Assembly: GCA_032718475.1 (NCBI GenBank)
Contig: JAUCBJ010001981.1
Location: 1 to 64,000 of the forward strand
DNA from: Nemertoderma westbladi
Lineage: Eukaryota; Animalia; Xenacoelomorpha
Length of the DNA stretch: 64,000 nucleotides
Direction of reading: 5' to 3'
A program made the position numbers and the translations under genes. This document shows positions 22,501 through 34,500 of this stretch, in pieces. Numbering within the stretch: the first letter of the stretch is position 1; each line of letters opens with the position of its first letter. The notes under the pieces are model-generated. The model had not been told where the DNA came from, searched no databases, and worked only from the letters and a program-made list of their open reading frames with translations.

Positions 22501-25500
22501 TAAGTGTGAGCCACTAGTAAGTGTGAGCCACTAGTAAGTGTGAGCCACTAGTAATTGTGAGCCCCTAGTAATTGTGAGCCCCTAGTAAGTGTGAGCCACT
22601 AGTAAGTGTGAGCCACTAGTAAATGTGAGCCACTAGTAAGTGTGAGCCACTAGTAAGTGTGAGCCACTAGTAAGTGTGAGCCACTAGTAAGTGTGAACCA
22701 CTAGTAAGTGTGAGCCACTAGTAAGTGTGAGCCACTAGTAAGTGTGAGCCACTAGTAAGTGTGAGCCACTAGTAAGTGTGAGCCACTAGTAAGTGTGAGC
22801 CACTAGTAAGTGTGAGCCACTAGTAAGTGCGAGCCAGCAGTAAGTGTGAGCCACTAGTAAGTGCGAGCTAGTCCTAGTAGTAACCTGTGTACCGCCTGTT
22901 TATGATGACCAAACACCCCATACGTCCCACAACGTATCCATTGGCTGTTATGTAATTGATACACTCGTTCATTGGGTAAAGTTAATCAATGTAGACCAAT
23001 CAATAGGCGTCAATGGTTATTATTTATTTTACTATTTGATTTTTAGATCATTTAGTAGAAGTCATTTTGAAGACGACAGTGCAGACAGTATGGGCCCTCT
23101 ACCAAAGAAAGAAATACTGTAAGTTATTTAAATTCCTTGGGTTGGATAGGCGTATTATTCTTCTGGGTTTGTTTATCATACAATACGTTTACCAAACTCG
23201 AGCACCAAGTAAATAAATCAGGAGGCATCTTCTTCGAAACCTATTGGTTCCATACACAAGTATGACGTATGAACCACCTCAAATCTGTTCCTACAAATCT
23301 GAATCACATTTTCACGGAATTTTAAACAGAAATGTTTCATATTTCATTGCTATTATACTAAACTGTCAGGGCACTGTTGCCTTCGAAGATACCTTTAACC
23401 AATATGTTGCTCCCTCTAGCGACATGTATTCGGTATCGGATAGTGCTGAAGAGAGAAGAACATTAAATAGACGTCTGTCGGTCCCTCTTATATTAAGGTA
23501 GCCCCATCTCGTGTTAGAACTAAGCCACGCTTTGTTTAAGGCAATAACGCGTTGATGTGCATAGATTACAGTGTGTAATAATAATTATTGACTGTTAGAA
23601 TTGAATTAGCTAGAATTAGTCGTAACGCTTTATTTTAGTTGTATATTAGTTTAACAGAACCGTCGAAGAAACAAATATTTAATGATGTAATATTATGGTT
23701 TTGTTCAGAAATGGAAAAAAATTAGGAAGCACGTCACCTGGGGTTGAACCAGAGCTATACATACGTTTCGGCCTATCAGGCCGAAACAGGTAGCGTAGCG
23801 CTAACCAGTTCAGCCACTTGCCCCTAACACTTACTCTCCCATCTAATCCACTTCTATTGAACAGGCAGTCTTAAGTTGCATATGTTCCTCAGTTGCATCC
23901 TGAAGAGGGCTGATAGGCCGAAACGTACGTATAGCGCTGGTTCAACCCCCGGTGAAGTGCTTCGTAATTTTTTCCATTTCTGAGCAAAACCTTAATAATA
24001 TTATACATCATTAAATACAGTTGCATTAACAGCTCATATGTTTGTCTCTAAGAACCATTATTACAGTATTGTATTTTATACTATTTATTGTGCTGTTGTT
24101 TTGTGCTGTTAGTATTTAATGCGACTTTGCTGAGCCTTTGTTATCTGTTTCTTCTTAAAGCTAACTAACTATTTGCGGAATAATTATTAACACAAGTTTT
24201 GTAAATATATTAATTAATTTCGTTGTCTATCAAATTTACAATCACAAATTTAATTTTATGAAAGATTGACAAGCGGGTTAGTCAGAATTTACCAGACCTT
24301 AGGCCCACCGCTACCAAATTCAAACATTCTCGAATTTGATAGCCAAATATTCCGGCGACATAAATTACATGTACTCGTAATTTTACCCGATTTAACGATT
24401 AAACTACGCAGATCAGCTAAGAATCTCGGGTTTAATTATTCGATCTTATCCATCGATTGATCTAATACAGCTTTAGGCCCGTGTCACACATGAGCTTCAA
24501 TTTCAACTATCCTTTTTATGCCAAATTAAAATAACCATTGGCTTTGTCTATATTTCAATTTACCAGCTATAAAAATATCTCAGATAATGCATAATTCAGT
24601 TGAAATAGTTGTTATTTTTGATTGGTTGTCAATGATATCAACTTTCAAGTAAGATACAGTAGAACATAGGACTAGCGTATTTTGAAAGTACAAGGGCGAG
24701 AGGATAAATATTTAATTAGTAGATTAAATATGACTTCGTAACATTATATCTGATATATTGTTACTTAGTGGGACCCTTAGCGGTGATGACCCGCGAACGC
24801 AAAAGACACCTCAACTAGCTCCCGAGGCATTCCTTGACTTGGCCGTAGACAAACCACGAAATCGCAGGTGAGCGGATTCTTCATACCTAGCATTCTACCT
24901 CGGTAGGTTATTGATTATAATTATACTACGATGCTGTTTAATTAATATTAATTATTCTCCTGTATAATAATTTTTTATCGTTTTACTTATAAATTAGATA
25001 CCTGATAGAAGACGATGTTCAGTCTCAGCCCGCTGGGAGGCCTCATTCGTCAAGTGGAAGTCCAACCCGACACACAGCCATATCTCGTCTCCTAGACAAC
25101 CCGAGTTCTAGCGGACCAATCGCTGGGCTGGAAAGGTTGCGGAAGCCGATTCCAGCCACATCATTGGATGACTTTTCTCAACAGGTGGCTGTAGGGGGGG
25201 GGGGGGGGGGTCGTCCGCTTTAGCGTTTGTTTGGTCTGCTATTTATTGATTAAATATTCAATAAGCGTCTATGCATTCAAACATCTGATGATGAAAAACC
25301 AAGGGCTTTTTTATTTTTTTTTCTGGAAGTTTTGAGTTTACACTCACTGAAAATTTATATTAATTTCGATGTGTTTTGAACCCTCTGCGCAATTGTTTTT
25401 AATTTATATTTTGTTACATTTATTCATTATTAAATAGTGGCCTAGATTTTGTTTGCATGAGTTATGAGATGACGGTTTAGATTGGATCAGTTTGAGAGGT

Positions 25501-28500
25501 TATTTTAATTTTGTTGAATCATTTATAAAAATCGGCAATTAATAGGCCTAATTTATTTTAAAATTAAATTTTTTTTTTTAATTTAAATTTTTTTTAAATT
25601 CGTAAATGATTGGCTTTAGTGTCTGCAATACCGGCAGTCCTGTTAAACAGTTATAATTACGTTTCAGAAACGGAGTGGTGGTTTTTCTGTGGCATCGAGC
25701 AGCGCTGATATCGAACAATGGAGAACGAAGTTGGAAGTTACCAAACAACATCATCTGGAGGAAGTGAAACTAATTGAGATGAATTCGAAGAACAGACTGG
25801 AGGTTGGTCGCCGTTCAATTCGACTATCGGTATGATAACTTCGTCAACCTGCATTTAGTTTCATGATAAATCAATTGCTTAAACTCAGTTGCATAATAAA
25901 TTTAGATTTATCTACTTAAGAGTGATAATTTGTTGTTGTCTAACTGATACGCCATCCAAAGTCGTTCGATATTCAATTAGAGCAATCAACCAGCATGGCC
26001 TCAGCTGTAAAGTTTGTCATTGAGGGCTTTATAGATGACTTATATAGAAATATTGGGTATCTTTTTGGAGTTATTTCTGCCCTGGTGATTAAATGAGAAA
26101 ACAACAAGTTCTTTATTATCAATTAATTTCTGCCACTAGGACCATCTTCAGGATATAATTCAAACAGACGGAATTACACCAACTACATACAGTAGCTTAT
26201 ATTTACATGTTACATACTTGCATTACATACTTGATATTAATTGATAATAAAGAACTTGTTGTTTTCTCATTTAATCACCAGGGCAGAAATAACTCCAAAA
26301 AGATACCCTATATTTCCTATATTACGATGAATACTGTACCTAAAATCGGCTTGCCACGGACTGAATGTTATAGGTGACTTATTGTCACTAATCGTGTCAT
26401 TTTCAGTTTTCATATTATATACATACATACATACACCCACTCCAAAGTAGATTATCAAATTTACAATATTCTAGTGAAACTGAATGCTAAACTTTCAGTT
26501 TCGCAGATTTTCTTCTGCTGTGTGCACCGGTATAGCCCATGCTTAAACAATTACACTTGTTGTTTAGATTCTAGAAGAAAGTTATAAACGACGAGAGACG
26601 ATATTAGTGGACGAGAATAAATCGTTGGTTGAACAGTTGAGTAGATGTCAACGGCGGTGGGAGGAAGAGCGTAGCGAGATGAGCGAGGCCGCAAAACGAC
26701 GAGGAGAGAGACTGAACGAGGAGCATTCGCGAGAATTAATGAGAATTAGGGAGTTACAGAGGTTTGAAGGCTACAAATAATCGATGTGCCGCGAGTTCTC
26801 ACTGACGCGTTAATTCTGTGAATTCTGTAAATTTAATTTATTTATTTTATTAGACAATCTGTGGAAGAGATGAAAAGAGACCACGATAGCGAAATAGAAC
26901 GACTGAAAGCTATTCGGGATCACGAAGTTGAGGCAGTCAGGAGTGCCAACCAGCACTACAAGTCCGTCGCCAAAGTTATGGACCATATAGACAGCCAAGC
27001 TCAGGGGTTGGGCGACCTGAAGGCGGATGTGGAGCGAGCGCGTGCGTCTGGGTTGGATGCCCGGGATGTTGAGATTCGGGCGAAACAGCAGGAGCTTACC
27101 GGTAGGTGGATGGCTTACCGGTAGGTGGATGCCGTACCGGTAGTTGCGAGGTGGATGGCTTACCGGTAGTTGGATGGCTTACCGGTAGGTGGATGCCGTA
27201 CCGGTAGTTGCGAGGTGGATGGCTTACTGGTAGGTGGATGGCTTACTGGTAGGTGGATGGCTTACTGGTAGGTGGATGGCTTACCGGTAGGTGGATGCCG
27301 TACCGGTAGTTGCGAGGTGGATGGCTTACTGGTAGGTGGATGGCTTACCGGTAGGTGGATGGCTTACCGGTAGGTGGATGGCTTACCGGTAGGTGGATGG
27401 CTTACCGGTAGGTGAATGGCTTACTGGTAGGTGGATGGCTTACCGGTAGGTGGATGGCTTACCGGTAGGTGGATGGCTTACCGGTAGGTGGATGGCTTAC
27501 TGGTAGGTGGATGGCTTACTGGTAGGTGGATGGCTTACCGCTAGGTGGATGCCGTACCAGTAGTTGCGAGGTGGATGGCTTACTGGTAGGTGGATGGCTT
27601 ACCGTTAGGTGGATGGCTTACCGGTAGTTGGATGGCTTACCGGTAGGTGGATGCCGTACCGGTAGTTGCGAGGTGAATGGCTTACTGGTAGGTGGGTGGC
27701 TTACCGGTAGGTGGATGGCTTACTGGTAGGTGGATGGCTTACCGGTAGGTGGATGGCTTACCGTTAGGTGGATGGCTTACTGGTAGGTGGATGGCTTACC
27801 GGTAGGTGTATGACTTACCGGTAGGTGGATGCCGTACCAGTAGTTGCGAGGTGGATGGCTTACTGGTAGGTGGATGGCTTACCGTTAGGTGGATGCCGTA
27901 CCGGTAGTTGCGAGGTGAATGGCTTACTGGTAGGTGGGTGGCTTACCGGTAGGTGGATGGCTTACCGTTAGGTGGATGGCTTACCGGTAGTTGGATGGCT
28001 TACCGGTAGGTGGATGCCGTACCGGTAGTTGCGAGGTGGATGGCTTACTGGTAGGTGGATGGCTTACCGGTAGGTGGATGGCTTACCGGTAGGTGGATGG
28101 CTTACCGTTAGGTGGATGGCTTACTGGTAGGTGGATGGCTTACTGGTAGGTGGATGGCTTACTGGTAGGTGGATGGCTTACCGGTAGGTGTATGACTTAC
28201 CGGTAGGTGGATGCCGTACCAGTAGTTGCGAGGTGGATGGCTTACTGGTAGGTGGATGGCTTACCGTTAGGTGGATGGCTTACCGGTAGTTGGATGGCTT
28301 ACCGGTAGTTGCGAGGTGGATGGCTTACTGGTAGGTGGATGGCTTACCGTTAGGTGGATGGCTTACCGGTAGCTGGATGGCTTACCGGTAGGTGGATGCC
28401 GTACCGGTAGTTGCGAGGTGAATGGCTTACCGGTAGGTGGATGGCTTACTGGTAGGTGGATGGCTTACCGGTATATGTATGGCTTACCGAGGTGGATGGC

Positions 28501-31500
28501 TTACTGGTAGGTGGATGGCTTACCGGTAGGTGGATGGCTTACCGGTAGGTGGATGGCTTACCGGTAGTTGGATGGCTTACCGGTAGGTGGATGCCGTACC
28601 AGTAGTTGCGAGGTGGATGGCTTACTGGTAGGTGGATGGCTTACCGGTAGGTGGATGGCTTACTGGTAGTTGGATGGCTTACTGGTAGGTGGATGCCGTA
28701 CCAGTAGTTGCGAGGTGAATGGCTTACCGGTAGGTGGATGGCTTACTGGTAGGTGGATGGCTTACCGGTAGGTGGATGGCTTACCGTTAGGTGGATGGCT
28801 TACTGGTAGGTGGATGGCTTACCGGTAGGTGGATGGCTTACCGGTAGGTGGATGGCTTACTGGTAGGTGGATGGCTTACTGGTAGGTGGATGGCTTACCG
28901 GTAGGTGGATGCCGTACCAGTAGTTGCGAGGTGGATGGCTTACTGGTAGGTGGATGGCTTACCGTTAGGTGGATGGCTTACCGGTAGTTGGATGGCTTAC
29001 CGGTAGGTGGATGCCGTACCGGTAGTTGCGAGGTGAATGGCTTACTGGTAGGTGGGTGGCTTACCGGTAGGTGGATGGCTTACTGGTAGGTGGATGGCTT
29101 ACCGGTAGGTGGATGGCTTACCGTTAGGTGGATGGCTTACTGGTAGGTTGATGGCTTACCGGTAGGTGTATGGCTTACCGGTAGATGGGTGCCGTACCAG
29201 TAGTTGCGAGGTGGATGGCTTACTGGTAGGTGGATGGCTTACCGTTAGGTGGATGGCTTACCGGTAGTTGGATGGCTTACCGGTAGTTGCGAGGTGGATG
29301 GCTTACTGGTAGGTGGATGGCTTACCGTTAGGTGGATGGCTTACCGGTAGTTGGATGGCTTACCGGTAGTTGCGAGGTGGATGGCTTACTGGTAGGTGGA
29401 TGGCTTACCGGTAGGTGGATGGCTTACCGGTAGCTGGATGGCTTACCGGTAGGTGGATGCCGTACCGGTAGTTGCGAGGTGAATGGCTTACCGGTAGGTG
29501 TATGGCTTACTGGTAGGTGGATGGCTTACCGGTATATGTATGGCTTACCGAGGTGGATGGCTTACTGGTAGGTGGATGGCTTACCGGTAGGTGGATGGCT
29601 TACCGGTAGGTGGATGGCTTACTGGTAGGTGGATGGCTTACTGGTAGGTGGATGCCGTACCAGTAGTTGCGAGGTGAATGGCTTACCAGTAGGTGGATGG
29701 CTTACCGGTAGGTGGATGGCTTACTGGTAGGTGGATGCCGTACCAGTAGTTGCGAGGTGAATGGCTTACCGGTAGGTGGATGGCTTACTGGTAGGTGGGT
29801 GGCTTACCGTTAGGTGGATGGCTTACTGGTAGGTGGATGGCTTACCGGTAGGTGGATGGCTTACCGGTAGGTGGATGGCTTACCGGTAGGTGGATGGCTT
29901 ACTGGTAGGTGGATGGCTTACTGGTAGGTGGATGCCGTACCGGTAGTTGCGAGGTGAATGGCTTACCGGTAGGTGAATGGCTTACCGGTAGGTGAATGGC
30001 TTACTAGTAGGTGGGTGGCTTACCGGTAGGTGGATGGCTTACCGGTAGGTGGATGGCTTACCGATAGGTGGATGGCTTACTGGTAGGTGGATGGCTCACT
30101 GGTAGGTGGATGGCTTACCGGTAGGTGGATGGCTTACCGGTAGGTGGATGCCGTACCGGTAGTTGCGAGGTGAATGGCTTACCGGTATGTGAATGGCTTA
30201 CCGGTAGGTGGATGGCTTACTGGTAGGTGGATGGCTTACCGGTAGGTGGATGGCTTACTGGTAGGTGGATGGCTTACCGGTAGGTGGATGGCTTACCGGT
30301 AGGTGGATGGCTTACTGGTAGGTGGATGGCTTACTGGTAGGTGGATGGCTTACCGGTAGGTGGATGGCTTACCGGTAGGTGGATGCCGTACCGGTAGTTG
30401 CGAGGTGAATGGCTTACCGGTAGGTGAATGGCTTACCGGTAGGTGGATGGCTTACCGGTAGGTGGATGGCTTACTGGTAGGTGGATGGCTTACCGGTAGG
30501 TGGATGGCTTACTGGTAGGTGGATGGCTTACCGGTAGGTGGATGGCTTACCGGTAGGTGGATGGCTTACCGGTAGGTGGATGGCTTACTGGTAGGTGGAT
30601 GGTTTACTGGTAGGTGGATGGCTTACCGGTAGGTGGATGGCTTACCGGTAGGTGGATGCCGTACCAGTAGTTGCGAGGTGGATGGCTTACTGGTAGGTGG
30701 ATGGCTTACCGTTAGGTGGATGGCTTACCGGTAGGTGGATGGCTTACCGGTAGGTGGATGCCGTACCGGTAGTTGCGAGGTGAATGGCTTACCGGTAGGT
30801 GAATGGCTTACCGGTAGGTGGATGGCTTACCGGTAGGTGGATGGCTTACTGGTAGGTGGATGGCTTACCGGTAGGTGGATGGCTTACTGGTAGGTGGATG
30901 GCTTACCGGTAGGTGGATGGCTTACCGGTAGGTGGATGGCTTACCGGTAGGTGGATGGCTTACTGGTAGGTGGATGGCTTACTGGTAGGTGGATGGCTTA
31001 CCGGTAGGTGGATGGCTTACCGGTAGGTGGATGCCGTACCGGTAGTTGCGAGGTGAATGGCTTACTGGTAGGTGGGTGGCTTACCGGTAGGTGGATGGCT
31101 TACTGGTAGGTGGGTGGCTTACCGAGGTGGATGGCTTACTGGTAGGTGGATGGCTTACCGGTAGGTGGATGGCTTACCGGTAGGTGGATGGCTTACCGGT
31201 AGTTGGATGGCTTACCGGTAGGTGGATGCCGTACCAGTAGTTGCGAGGTGGATGGCTTACTGGTAGGTGGATGGCTTACCGGTAGGTGGATGGCTTACTG
31301 GTAGTTGGATGGCTTACTGGTAGGTGGATGCCGTACCAGTAGTTGCGAGGTGAATGGCTTACCGGTAGGTGGATGGCTTACTGGTAGGTGGATGGCTTAC
31401 CGGTAGGTGGATGGCTTACCGTTAGGTGGATGGCTTACTGGTAGGTGGATGGCTTACCGGTAGGTGGATGGCTTACCGGTAGGTGGATGGCTTACTGGTA

Positions 31501-34500
31501 GGTGGGTGGCTTACCGGTAGGTGGATGCCGTACCGGTAGTTGCGAGGTGAATGGCTTACTGGTAGGTGGGTGGCTTACCGGTAGGTGGATGGCTTACTGG
31601 TAGGTGGATGGCTTACCGGTAGGTGGATGGCTTACCGTTAGGTGGATGGCTTACTGGTAGGTGGATGGCTTACCGGTAGGTGTAGGGCTTACCGGTAGAT
31701 GGGTGCCGTACCAGTAGTTGCGAGGTGGATGGCTTACTGGTAGGTGGATGGCTTACCGTTAGGTGGATGGCTTACCGGTAGTTGGATGGCTTACCGGTAG
31801 TTGCGAGGTGGATGGCTTACTGGTAGGTGGATGGCTTACCGTTAGGTGGATGGCTTACCGGTAGCTGGATGGCTTACCGGTAGGTGGATGCCGTACCGGT
31901 AGTTGCGAGGTGAATGGCTTACCGGTAGGTGGATGGCTTACTGGTAGGTGGATGGCTTACCGGTATATGTATGGCTTACCGAGGTGGATGGCTTACTGGT
32001 AGGTGGATGGCTTACCGGTAGGTGGATGGCTTACCGGTAGGTGGATGGCTTACCGGTAGGTGGATGGCTTACTGGTAGGTGGATGGCTTACTGGTAGGTG
32101 GATGCCGTACCAGTAGTTGCGAGGTGAATGGCTTACCGGTAGGTGGATGGCTTACCGGTAGGTGGATGGCTTACTGGTAGGTGGATGCCGTACCAGTAGT
32201 TGCGAGGTGAATGGCTTACCGGTAGGTGGATGGCTTACTGGTAGGTGGGTGGCTTACCGTTAGGTGGATGGCTTACTGGTAGGTGGATGGCTTACCGGTA
32301 GGTGGATGGCTTACCGGTAGGTGGATGGCTTACCGGTAGGTGGATGGCTTACTGGTAGGTGGATGGCTTACTGGTAGGTGGATGCCGTACCGGTAGTTGC
32401 GAGGTGAATGGCTTACCGGTAGGTGAATGGCTTACCGGTAGGTGAATGGCTTACTAGTAGGTGGGTGGCTTACCGGTAGGTGGATGGCTTACCGGTAGGT
32501 GGATGGCTTACCGATAGGTGGATGGCTTACTGGTAGGTGGATGGCTTACTGGTAGGTGGATGGCTTACCGGTAGGTGGATGGCTTACCGGTAGGTGGATG
32601 CCGTACCGGTAGTTGCGAGGTGAATGGCTTACCGGTATGTGAATGGCTTACCGGTAGGTGGATGGCTTACTGGTAGGTGGATGGCTTACCGGTAGGTGGA
32701 TGGCTTACTGGTAGGTGGATGGCTTACCGGTAGGTGGATGGCTTACCGGTAGGTGGATGGCTTACTGGTAGGTGGATGGCTTACTGGTAGGTGGATGGCT
32801 TACCGGTAGGTGGATGGCTTACCGGTAGGTGGATGCCGTACCGGTAGTTGCGAGGTGAATGGCTTACCGGTAGGTGAATGGCTTACCGGTAGGTGGATGG
32901 CTTACCGGTAGGTGGATGGCTTGCTGGTAGGTGGATGGCTTACCGGTAGGTGGATGGCTTACTGGTAGGTGGATGGCTTACCGGTAGGTGGATGGCTTAC
33001 CGGTAGGTGGATGGCTTACCGGTAGGTGGATGGCTTACTGGTAGGTGGATGGCTTACTGGTAGGTGGATGGCTTACCGGTAGGTGGATGGCTTACCGGTA
33101 GGTGGATGCCGTACCAGTAGTTGCGAGGTGGATGGCTTACTGGTAGGTGGATGGCTTACCGTTAGGTGGATGGCTTACCGGTAGGTGGATGGCTTACCGG
33201 TAGGTGGATGCCGTACCGGTAGTTGCGAGGTGAATGGCTTACCGGTAGGTGAATGGCTTACCGGTAGGTGGATGGCTTACCGGTAGGTGGATGGCTTACT
33301 GGTAGGTGGATGGCTTACCGGTAGGTGGATGGCTTACTGGTAGGTGGATGGCTTACAGGTAGGTGGATGGCTTACCGGTAGGTGGATGGCTTACCGGTAG
33401 GTGGATGGCTTACTGGTAGGTGCATGGCTTACTGGTAGGTGGATGGCTTACCGGTAGGTGGATGGCTTACCGGTAGGTGGATGCCGTACCGGTAGTTGCG
33501 AGGTGAATGGCTTACTGGTAGGTGGGTGGCTTACCGGTAGGTGGATGGCTTACTGGTAGGTGGGTGGCTTACCGTTAGGTGGATGGCTTACTGGTAGGTG
33601 GATGGTTTACCGTTAGGTGGATGGCTTACTGGTAGGTGGGTGGCTTACCGTTAGGTGGATGGCTTACTGGTAGGTGGATGGCTTACCGGTAGGTGGATGG
33701 CTTACCGGTAGGTGGATGGCTTACCGGTAGGTGGATGGCTTACTGGTAGGTGGATGGCTTACCGGTAGGTGGATGGCTTACCGTTAGGTGGATGGCTTAC
33801 CGGTAGGTGGATGCCGTACCAGTAGTTGCGAGGTGAATGGCTTACCGGTAGGTGAATGGCTTACCGGTAGGTGAATGGCTTACTAGTAGGTGGGTGGCTT
33901 ACCGTTAGGTGGATGGCTTACTGGTAGGTGGATGGCTTACCGGTAGGTGGATGGCTTACCGGTAGTTGGATGGCTTACCGGTAGGTGGATGCCGTACCGG
34001 TAGTTGCGAGGTGAATGGCTTACCGGTAGGTGAATGGCTTACCGGTAGGTGAATGGCTTACTAGTAGGTGGGTGGCTTACCGTTAGGTGGATGGCTTACT
34101 GGTAGGTGGATGGCTTACCGGTAGGTGGATGGCTTACCGGTAGGTGGATGGCTTACCGGTAGGTGGATGGCTTACTGGTAGGTGGATGGCTTACTGGTGG
34201 GTGGATGGCTTACCGGTAGGTGGATGGCTTACCGGTAGGTGGATGCCGTACCAGTAGTTGCGAGGTGGATGGCTTACTGGTAGGTGGATGGCTTACCGTT
34301 AGGTGGATGGCTTACCGGTAGTTGGATGGCTTACCGGTAGGTGGATGGCTTACTGGTAGGTGGATGGCTTACCGTTAGGTGGATGGCTTACCGGTAGTTG
34401 GATGGCTTACCGGTAGGTGGATGCCGTACCGGTAGTTGCGAGGTGAATGGCTTGCTGGTAGGTGGATGGCTTACCGGTAGGTGGATGGCTTACCGTTAGG

